A stretch of 64,000 nucleotides of DNA from a virus. Positions 56,563-64,000 of this stretch are shown in pieces. The stretch lies in IMG/VR virus record IMGVR_UViG_3300025168_000036, one strand, 5' to 3'. Numbering within the stretch: position 1 is the stretch's first letter; every line of letters begins with the position of its first letter. The translations under genes and the position numbers were made by a program. The notes below the pieces were generated by a model. The model had not been told where the DNA came from, ran no database searches, and worked only from the letters and a program-made list of their open reading frames with translations.

Positions 56563-57729
56563 TTAAGCTCCTATTCTTGAGTATGTTAGCATATCATTAA
56601 TTGCTTTAAGTGCTTTCTTTTTTGCTGAATCAAATTCTTTTCCATATCTTCCTGATCCACCAGCCTTTTTAGCATTGGATACCATTTTCATTATATTGTT
56701 AATTTCCTTTGTCTCCTTTGAAGTTTTCATCTTAGGAGCAGCTTCTTTGATATGCTTCTTAGCTACAGCTTGGAAGTTTCTAAGGTTTGCTCCATTAAGT
56801 CTATCTGCAAAGCCTCTAGAATGTAGTGCTTTTACTAGATCTGTAAAACTGCCCTTGGTTAGTTTTTTAGCATCTTTTTGTTTTTTCAGAAATTGTTCTA
56901 TGTCCCAAGATAATACTGCAGGAATTGTTTTAAGACCTTTTTCTGCTGATGGAGCAGCTTCCTTAATGTGAGTTCTTTTCCAACCATCATATCTTACTTT
57001 TCCAAAGTTGTTTCTTCCAGTTGCAATACCTCTAAACCCTCCAACAGATTCATTAACAGACCCATCTTCCTCATCATCAATAGCATTTGCAATTGCAGCT
57101 CTTTTCTTAGCTAAATACTTATCTGATTCATCTTCATCACCATCATTATCTATATCTCCGTCTTCTTTTCCGACTGAGTCTAAAGCCTCTGATATTTCGT
57201 AGTATTTACCAAGCTTGTGGCCAATGTCTTCAAACACAGATTCCAATCTTTGCTGTAATGTATTCATTTCATTTGCAGTTTTTGTTAGCTGATCAACTGA
57301 ACCACCAATCCCTTTTACATCATTCTTTACAGTAACTGAATCAAACCAACCATCTGTCTCTTGTAATGCTAATTGGCCAGCACTTGAAGCCATAAGTTTT
57401 ATTGACTCAACCATCTCTTTTATCTCGTCTGTTCTGTATATCTTTGATGCAAACTCATTAAAGTTTTTTACTGCCTCAAGAACTTCTCTTTTTTGCCTTG
57501 GAGTAAGCTTTTGCTGTTCACTTTCCATAAGCGTTGAAAGTTTTATTCCCATTGTATTTTCTCCTATTTCAGTTTCTATTGTTTTTAGGTCTATATTTGG
57601 CTCTTCCTCATCTTTTACTGAGGGTTTAGCCTTCTTATTATAATTATCAAGCTCATCATCAAGAGTTTTAATCTGCTCAGGTGGCTTAGGTATCATATCG
57701 TTATCTATAAGTTCTGATAGTCTAATCAT
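56563..57729 (-). CDS. Putative internal head/core protein
   Basis: Start 57729 overlaps the protease stop (ATGA); DGDIDNDGD loop; two HIKEAAP repeats. Confidence 0.6.
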   Translation of the reverse strand: MIRLSELIDNDMIPKPPEQIKTLDDELDNYNKKAKPSVKDEEEPNIDLKTIETEIGENTMGIKLSTLMESEQQKLTPRQKREVLEAVKNFNEFASKIYRTDEIKEMVESIKLMASSAGQLALQETDGWFDSVTVKNDVKGIGGSVDQLTKTANEMNTLQQRLESVFEDIGHKLGKYYEISEALDSVGKEDGDIDNDGDEDESDKYLAKKRAAIANAIDDEEDGSVNESVGGFRGIATGRNNFGKVRYDGWKRTHIKEAAPSAEKGLKTIPAVLSWDIEQFLKKQKDAKKLTKGSFTDLVKALHSRGFADRLNGANLRNFQAVAKKHIKEAAPKMKTSKETKEINNIMKMVSNAKKAGGSGRYGKEFDSAKKKALKAINDMLTYSRIGA

Positions 57730-58391
57730 TTTCTTTTTCTCGGCAATGAACACTTACAAGTTAGTTCGCATAACATTTCTGATATTATGTTTTCTACTTT
57801 CTCATATTTGTTTGCTTTTTTAGCTACTGGAGAATATGACTCATTTACACCTGGTATTTTACTTGTTGGGTGCATAAATGCTCCGTGAGTTGATGGATTA
57901 GAAACAAAGTCCCAACATACCAATTCAAAGTCATCTTGTACAATTAAAGTTTCCTCTCCTGTATCTTCACTTATTTCATTATTTACAGAACCTAAGCCTC
58001 TAGATGATATACCTAATTTAATATCGCACTTAAGTAGCTCTTTTAATATATTTCCAGATGGTGTACTTAGCACCTCAACCTTACCCATTAAATCATCACC
58101 TTCCCACCATATCTTACTAATATTATGTGACACATTTTGAAGGTTTACTACTGAAGATTCTGGGTGATCTAATTCACCTAGAGCTCTTCTCTCTTTAATT
58201 TGAGAAGCATTATATTTATTTGCCTCCCTCATTAGTACCTCCTTAGGGTAAATTCTTCCATTTTGATTTTTTGCTCCAGATCTTTGTAGCACACCTTGTA
58301 CTATAATCTTTCCATTATTCTTTTGTTCAGACTCAGCTATTTGCTGTCTTGATATCTGGAATGGTATTGTGTCTATTAATATTTGTTTCAT
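57726..58391 (-). CDS. Prohead protease (T4 gp21-like)
   Basis: NQNGRIYP, ALGELDHP, VSH, TPSG, GISSRGLGS, WDFVSNPST. Confidence 0.93.
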   Translation of the reverse strand: MKQILIDTIPFQISRQQIAESEQKNNGKIIVQGVLQRSGAKNQNGRIYPKEVLMREANKYNASQIKERRALGELDHPESSVVNLQNVSHNISKIWWEGDDLMGKVEVLSTPSGNILKELLKCDIKLGISSRGLGSVNNEISEDTGEETLIVQDDFELVCWDFVSNPSTHGAFMHPTSKIPGVNESYSPVAKKANKYEKVENIISEMLCELTCKCSLPRKRK

Positions 58392-58516
58392 GCTTTTGTC
58401 CACGATTGTCTTTTTCTGTATAAGTCAAAAAATACTTTAGCAATCTCTTGCCTAATTATATCTCTTACTTGTTGTTCAGTAAGCTCTTCTTTAATTATTT
58501 TTTTTGACCTTTTCAT
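58388..58516 (-). CDS. Small hypothetical protein (42 aa, below ORF-track cutoff)
   Basis: MKRSKKIIKEELTEQQVRDIIRQEIAKVFFDLYRKRQSWTKA fills the gap; its TGA overlaps the protease ATG. Confidence 0.6.
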   Translation of the reverse strand: MKRSKKIIKEELTEQQVRDIIRQEIAKVFFDLYRKRQSWTKA

Positions 58517-58517
58517 A

Positions 58518-58976
58518 TTAAAATTTTCTTAGCTTTTCACCTATTCTCATCATTCTTTCAGATATCTTATAAAGACCTTTTCTTGTTGACTTCCAATACT
58601 GCCTATTATCAATACCTTCCTCTGTTTTAAGCTTAATATTTTGATTAATAATTCTTTCAATTTTAATAAGCTTACTGTGCACCTCTTTTATTGCACTATT
58701 AACTTTATTCTTAGATGTTCTAGACTCATCCTTTTTATAAGCGCTGTATGAAATTTCGTTCATTGCCTTTTGCATCTTCATAAATGTCGATTCCTTAACT
58801 TTCTTGTAACCTAATACCTCAGCGTTTTTATTCTCATCTTCCTTCTTTTTCTTACTAAATGCATTTGGAGTCTTATATGGGCCCGCTGCAGAAGAAGTGT
58901 TGTGCTCATCCACATCTTCCTTCTTATAGCTTTCCCAGCTTTCTAGAAGCTCATCTAACTTTTTATTTAGTGACAT
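58518..58976 (-). CDS. Hypothetical head-cluster protein
   Basis: 152-aa ORF; YKTPNAF motif. Confidence 0.6.
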   Translation of the reverse strand: MSLNKKLDELLESWESYKKEDVDEHNTSSAAGPYKTPNAFSKKKKEDENKNAEVLGYKKVKESTFMKMQKAMNEISYSAYKKDESRTSKNKVNSAIKEVHSKLIKIERIINQNIKLKTEEGIDNRQYWKSTRKGLYKISERMMRIGEKLRKF

Positions 58977-59817
58977 TTTTTAGCTCCTTAATAAGTGAAT
59001 GTGATCTCATACATGAAAGTATATGTGTTTCATTAATAGACTTTAAGTCTTTTAGCTTAATTAGTTGACTTTTTACTTCATTAAGCTTTATCTTTACAAT
59101 TTTATCATTAACCTTATTACTTAGTAGTGATATTGCCTTAGATATACTTTGTATTTCATCACTTACAACTTCTTTAAGTGAATTTGTATTTGATATATTT
59201 TCTATATATGCCCTAAGAAGTCTTTTCTGGCTTATACCTAGCTTTGCACCATACTTATCATTAAACTTTTCTAATAATATTTTATATGATAATATTCTTA
59301 GGTCTTTATCGTGCTTGGTAAGCTCATTTTGAACCTCATCAACCCTCTTCTTGTTTGGCTTTGATTCTGTAATGTTTTCTATAATAAAGTATCTAGAAGA
59401 CACTGTTTTTGCAGGATTTAGCCCATTTCCTTCAAGCATTCTCCATATCGATGCATTCATCTTATAAGTTGGCACCTTCGTTCTAAAAAAGTCTTCTATT
59501 ATATAACACCTTTTAATCTCCTTAATAAGATTGTATTTTTGCTTATTTAGTAAAGACTTATTTATCTTTTTATACTCAGAGATAACAGTATCAATAAGCC
59601 TTCCAGCCTTTTCACTGTTTGAAAACTTTGTCTTTTGTAGAGTTTGATATAATTCAAGCTCCCTGTTTAGTGATGTTCCTCTTCTAAAGAACTCTTTTAC
59701 TAGTGATACTGCTGGTGAATTCTCATTACCTAGCATCATATCATTAGTTATTTGTCTCACCAATAACTCAAACAGTATGCCTGTATTTTTGTATTTTGAA
59801 TGTCTGTCTCTGGCCAT
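58963..59817 (-). CDS. Hypothetical head-cluster protein
   Basis: 284-aa ORF; HSKYKNTGILFELLVRQIT; own promoter-like motif and SD. Confidence 0.65.
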   Translation of the reverse strand: MARDRHSKYKNTGILFELLVRQITNDMMLGNENSPAVSLVKEFFRRGTSLNRELELYQTLQKTKFSNSEKAGRLIDTVISEYKKINKSLLNKQKYNLIKEIKRCYIIEDFFRTKVPTYKMNASIWRMLEGNGLNPAKTVSSRYFIIENITESKPNKKRVDEVQNELTKHDKDLRILSYKILLEKFNDKYGAKLGISQKRLLRAYIENISNTNSLKEVVSDEIQSISKAISLLSNKVNDKIVKIKLNEVKSQLIKLKDLKSINETHILSCMRSHSLIKELKNVTK

Positions 59818-59867
59818 TAATCTCTCCTAAGTTATATATACTTATATGTTATAAATATCATCTTATT

Positions 59868-61718
59868 TTATAAATTATCATCTATAAGGTTATTTTCGTT
59901 TAATAGGCCACTTTCGCCTTCTTGCTTATCATTAAATAGTGATCTTACTATTTTTTGATTATTTTCTCTAAAGTTATGTCTAATAGATCTATCTCTATTT
60001 TTATGATCTGATTTTCTCTTCTTTTTGCCTAATGGGTCTCTACCTCTTGCAGACTTATCTGTTCCTGGTTTTGCCCCATCCTTTGGCCTACCTTGACCTG
60101 GCTTATTCTCTGTCATTTCATCATCTGAAAAGAAATTAGTTACATCTGGTGCATCTGGTTCAAAACCACCGTCTTCTCCTTCGGGAGGCGTACCACCTTG
60201 CTGTAGTGCCCAATCAGTTGAAACAGATATCTTAGATACTTTAGGGTTATTTCCATCTTCAAGCTCATTGTGTAAAAATACCCTTTTTCTATCATCTTCA
60301 ACTTCCTTTCTGTTTCTATTCATCTCCTCTTCACTCATATTAAATATATTTTCATATATCCATTTCTCGCCTAACAGCTTTCCAGTTTGTATATCTGATG
60401 CTAATGTCACTTTACTAGACCATAGCTCTACTTGTTCTTGTTCATATATCTTAGAAGGATTAGTTAAGTTTAGTGAAAAGTTAACTAAGTCTTCTCCATC
60501 CATACCTTGTGAATGCAAATGCACTATTGCTATCTTAGTTAGCTCAGATGTTACTATCTTCTGTATTCTTTCTATTGTTCTTGCAAACCTTACATCCTCT
60601 GCAGCTAATGTTGCTTTCCCAGATGTTGACTCATCATACCCTAAAAATGCTTTTGGTATCTTTAGTGCAGCAAACATTCTGTTTCTTAGGTACTCAATAT
60701 CTTCAATGCCTCCAAACTCCATACCGGAAAGAGAGTCTATTTCTGTCCCACTTTGACCTCCTCTAACAGGTAAATAAAAGTCTTCCATCATATTTTGTAA
60801 ATTAAACTTAAGGTTATAATTACCAGTATCTTGGTCTATGAATGGAGTCTTTTTCATTGATGTCATAACTCTTTGCATGTATTGGTCTACCTCATTCGGT
60901 GGAATATTTCCAATATCAACCTTAAAAACTCTTTTCTCTGGAGCCCTCATAATTCTATGAATCATCATTGCATCTTCCATAAGAGTTAATTGCTTCCAGT
61001 TTTTTCTAGCACCTTCAAGCATAGACTTACCATAAGGTAAAAAGTTTGCATCACTTAGCATTCTAAGGTGAGCTATTTCATAATTTTCATATTTTACTGT
61101 ATTTGAATTTGATGCGCCGTAATTACCTGCACCTCCTAGTGATGGGTCGTGATGGAATAATACAGATTCAGGCTTAGAAGGGTCGAATCCTTCTTCTCTT
61201 AGCATCTCATAAGGTGTAATTGGAATTACATTAGTAACTCCATATTTTTCTGTTATATCTAGTTTAAGATAGAAGTCTCCATATTTAACTAAGTTTCTTA
61301 CCCATGGCCATAAATTAAATTCTATATTTAATATGTCATAGAATAAGTTATGTAATATCTTCTGAGTATCATCATTGGAACTCTTTATATTTAGTATATC
61401 ACCATACTCATTCTTCATTGTTGACTCATCAGCATAAATATCTAATGCAGAGGCAATAATAGAATCTTCATCCATCATTTCGTAGTCCGTAAATAGCTGT
61501 AACCTGTGTGTATGATAGTTTTGCTGAAAGTTATATCCTGTATTTCTAGATGAGGTATATAATCTATTAAATCTATCAACCAGCCTATTAGTTTCAAGGT
61601 TTGATGATTGAACTCTGTTTATATCTACTACTTTTAGCTTCTTTTCACCTGTTCTTCTGATTATACTACCAGTAGAAAATAGTGTTTGTAGCCTTCCAAA
61701 TAATGTTTTATCTGCCAT
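59868..61718 (-). CDS. Portal protein (T4 gp20-like)
   Basis: ALDIYADE, YGKSMLE, EDAMMIHRIMRAPEKRVF..D.GN, EDFYLP, ALKIP. Confidence 0.95.
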   Translation of the reverse strand: MADKTLFGRLQTLFSTGSIIRRTGEKKLKVVDINRVQSSNLETNRLVDRFNRLYTSSRNTGYNFQQNYHTHRLQLFTDYEMMDEDSIIASALDIYADESTMKNEYGDILNIKSSNDDTQKILHNLFYDILNIEFNLWPWVRNLVKYGDFYLKLDITEKYGVTNVIPITPYEMLREEGFDPSKPESVLFHHDPSLGGAGNYGASNSNTVKYENYEIAHLRMLSDANFLPYGKSMLEGARKNWKQLTLMEDAMMIHRIMRAPEKRVFKVDIGNIPPNEVDQYMQRVMTSMKKTPFIDQDTGNYNLKFNLQNMMEDFYLPVRGGQSGTEIDSLSGMEFGGIEDIEYLRNRMFAALKIPKAFLGYDESTSGKATLAAEDVRFARTIERIQKIVTSELTKIAIVHLHSQGMDGEDLVNFSLNLTNPSKIYEQEQVELWSSKVTLASDIQTGKLLGEKWIYENIFNMSEEEMNRNRKEVEDDRKRVFLHNELEDGNNPKVSKISVSTDWALQQGGTPPEGEDGGFEPDAPDVTNFFSDDEMTENKPGQGRPKDGAKPGTDKSARGRDPLGKKKRKSDHKNRDRSIRHNFRENNQKIVRSLFNDKQEGESGLLNENNLIDDNL

Positions 61719-61727
61719 AATTTATTC

Positions 61728-63311
61728 CTATTTTATTAACCAAGTTAAGTCTTCGTCTGGGCCTTTATTTCCCATCTTCATCTTCCATGGGTCACTTGTT
61801 AAGTGGCTTGAGTTACTAAATCCTCCTGCACCAGTCTTGCCCATTAATCTTAGCGCATTCTTATTCATTGCCAATCCTTCGTTTCTCAGTTTTAGAGCTG
61901 AGTCTCTTACAAACAGTCCAATTGCGAAGGCCATTACCAAGTCATCATTATATCCACTTTGAGCTTCTGGCCTATTATTTTTCCAAATAAATACAGATAG
62001 CTCATCTAAGAGTCTTCTTGATCTTACTATAATGTCCTTTTCTCTAAAATAAATATCAAGCTTAGACACTAAAAGTGGTCTAGTCCTCGAAGAAGTTGTA
62101 AATCCTGGAACCATCTGAGACTTATCTTTTAAGTCGTATCCTTTTGTTAAATGTGTTGCAGAGTCAGTAACTCCTTCATGTTTATATGTATAATATAAAT
62201 TTTGGTAGTCTCTATCTATTGCCTGCTGTATTGCTGCCCACCCAACATTTGCGTTTTCTATAACTAGCAATGCATTATTCCATTCGGTAGCTACTGTAAC
62301 TAACATATTCCCAAAATCTTTTGTGCTTGGCTGACCTTTATATTCTGCAACTTGCTTTAAGCCTTGTATGTCTAATACATGAAATGTTGAATAGTCACTT
62401 CCATCTCCTCTAGATACATCAGCAACTACTACATAATCTTTTGAAAAGTCTGGGTATTCCCATATCCAATAATTGCCATCAACCCCTCTTCTTTCAGTAG
62501 GCTCTTCTGCATAGTTTTCTTTATACCATTCTAGTATTTTAGGTTCGACTACAGATGCACCAGAGCTAATAAAGTCACAGTCACATTCTTGCGCTGCCAT
62601 CTTAGGTCCTAGCAATCCGTCTTGTTTATCTCTCCAATCTTGTTCTCTCTCTGGGTGCAATGACCAGTGGAGCCTAATTGTATTAAAGTCGTTTTCGCCG
62701 TCTTCTGCCTTTACCCATGTTTTATGAAAGAAATTACCAACACCATTTGGTGTAGAAAGTATTATTGCCTTACCACCAGTTGCAAGTGTCTGTTGAGATG
62801 AAGCCCATATATCATCTATCCTATCAACAAATGCAGCCTCATCAATAATTAATAGCGAAAGTGCCTCTGATCTACCAGCATCTCCGCCAGATGATATTGC
62901 CTTAATTTGTGAGCCATTTGCAAACCTTAAACTTAGCTTATTATCTTCTATTGACTTATTCTTTAACCATGATGGTAAATACTGATGCATTGTTCTTACC
63001 TTCGTTACAAGGTTTTTTGCTACATCTTGCTTAGTTGCAATTACCAGACAGTTAAAGTCATCTTGAAAGATCATATGCCATAATGATATACCAGCTGACA
63101 GTGTTGATATTCCTAGCTGCCTAGACTTTAATATAATATTATAGTCATTTGTTGCAAACTCATCTATACACTTCTCTTGGAATGGGAAAAGATTAAATAG
63201 TATCTTTCCTTTTGTTGGGTGCTGTATATAACAATACTTGCGCATAAAGTGCACCGGATCAGTAGCACACTTTTGATATTCTTTAGCTATTAATTGTTTG
63301 ATATTCGACAT
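61728..63311 (-). CDS. Terminase large subunit (T4 gp17-like)
   Basis: KSRQLGIST, IIDEAAF, STPNG, QECDC.F, ADVSRG..DYS, DDLVMA. Confidence 0.96.
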   Translation of the reverse strand: MSNIKQLIAKEYQKCATDPVHFMRKYCYIQHPTKGKILFNLFPFQEKCIDEFATNDYNIILKSRQLGISTLSAGISLWHMIFQDDFNCLVIATKQDVAKNLVTKVRTMHQYLPSWLKNKSIEDNKLSLRFANGSQIKAISSGGDAGRSEALSLLIIDEAAFVDRIDDIWASSQQTLATGGKAIILSTPNGVGNFFHKTWVKAEDGENDFNTIRLHWSLHPEREQDWRDKQDGLLGPKMAAQECDCDFISSGASVVEPKILEWYKENYAEEPTERRGVDGNYWIWEYPDFSKDYVVVADVSRGDGSDYSTFHVLDIQGLKQVAEYKGQPSTKDFGNMLVTVATEWNNALLVIENANVGWAAIQQAIDRDYQNLYYTYKHEGVTDSATHLTKGYDLKDKSQMVPGFTTSSRTRPLLVSKLDIYFREKDIIVRSRRLLDELSVFIWKNNRPEAQSGYNDDLVMAFAIGLFVRDSALKLRNEGLAMNKNALRLMGKTGAGGFSNSSHLTSDPWKMKMGNKGPDEDLTWLIK

Positions 63312-63365
63312 AAAATTACCTTAAGTTAATATAATAAAATTTATTGAAAAATAAAAATTATAGTA

Positions 63366-63764
63366 TTACTTTTTAGCTCTTTTTTCAAGTGATCTACCAC
63401 CAAAATAAGCACCAATAACTGTTATAAGTACCAATTGTAATAAGTCTGTCCACTTTTCTTCTACTACGAACTTAATAGAACCTGCATCAATAAATATCAT
63501 TAATACAGTACATACAACTAAAAATATTAACACTAATGGTCTTACATTTTTTGATAACCATGAATCAGAATTCATATCTGCAGACCAACGATCTGTAATG
63601 TTTTGCTCCATCTTTGCTTCATGGTTGGCAATTAATTCTTTCATCTTTCTTTTTGCTTCTAGCTTCTCTTCCTTAGATGTTGTTAGGTTATCTAGCACTC
63701 CACCTACACCTTTAACTAACTCATTAGCTCCTGAGCTAAATATTTTGCCTAAAATTCCTGACAT
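63366..63764 (-). CDS. Holin (GTA 3TM-holin-like)
   Basis: DSWLSKNVRP, hydrophobic helices, YFGGRSLEK. Confidence 0.75.
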   Translation of the reverse strand: MSGILGKIFSSGANELVKGVGGVLDNLTTSKEEKLEAKRKMKELIANHEAKMEQNITDRWSADMNSDSWLSKNVRPLVLIFLVVCTVLMIFIDAGSIKFVVEEKWTDLLQLVLITVIGAYFGGRSLEKRAKK

Positions 63765-63776
63765 AACTTCTCCTTT

Positions 63777-63983
63777 TTAGTATTCAAATGGTGGTGTGCC
63801 ATAGTCTTTTTGTTGAATACCATACCATGTGCTACCATTTAGGTAGTACCACCATCCATGCTTATTGTCTTCTATAATCTTAAACTTACCTTTTGGCAGA
63901 GGTGAATCTTTTTTAGAAGCTCTTGCAATGTATTTTAACACAGGGACTCCATCATCCCATGTCTTATCTGTTTTTCTAGCCAT
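63777..63983 (-). CDS. Hypothetical protein
   Basis: 68-aa ORF. Confidence 0.45.
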   Translation of the reverse strand: MARKTDKTWDDGVPVLKYIARASKKDSPLPKGKFKIIEDNKHGWWYYLNGSTWYGIQQKDYGTPPFEY

Positions 63984-64000
63984 TACAGATTTTCTTTTAT

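Noticed and set aside
741-63780. All plus-strand ORFs in the track (for example 5344-5823 and 60268-60756)
   Set aside because: They are antisense shadows of well-supported minus-strand genes, with no recognisable motifs and mostly non-ATG starts.
1-64000. Stop-codon reassignment as seen in some large phages
   Set aside because: Core genes are full length in the standard code, and TAA, TAG and TGA all end genes at sensible positions.
1-64000. tRNA, rRNA, integrase or transposase genes
   Set aside because: None recognised; intergenic gaps are short and explained by promoters and terminators. A tRNAscan/Infernal run would be needed to exclude small RNAs formally.

Overview
A 64-kb AT-rich, gene-dense segment of a large T4-like (contractile-tailed) phage genome. 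Every credible gene is on the minus strand and reads in the standard genetic code. In transcription order (right to left) it carries: holin, terminase, portal, prohead protease, internal head proteins, a ribosomal protein bS21 homolog, scaffold, major capsid, neck, sheath, tube, a tail-chaperone pair with a probable frameshift, tape measure and baseplate; then a minimal PolA-like gene, UvsE, an unannotated Hc1 histone-like gene, gp32, RecA, 5'-3' exonuclease, helicase, NrdB/NrdA and cysteine synthase; then an 8.3-kb cassette (FAD enzyme, dNTPase-HAD fusion, split DnaE, dNMP kinase fused to a dCMP-type ThyA-like domain, two complementary ThyX paralogs); then GroES/GroEL, a Cas4-like nuclease, an APS kinase module and a glycosyltransferase/sulfotransferase cluster. 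The best candidate for an undescribed system is that cassette (13780-22099), which looks like a non-canonical pyrimidine synthesis and incorporation module with its own polymerase. Other strong leads: a bS21-linked switch from leaderless or SD-free genes to Shine-Dalgarno-led genes, a minimal PAPS and sulfated-glycan pathway, and a U7 frameshift in the tail chaperone. A Bacteroidota host is inferred, not shown. All family calls come from motifs read by eye; no database search was run.
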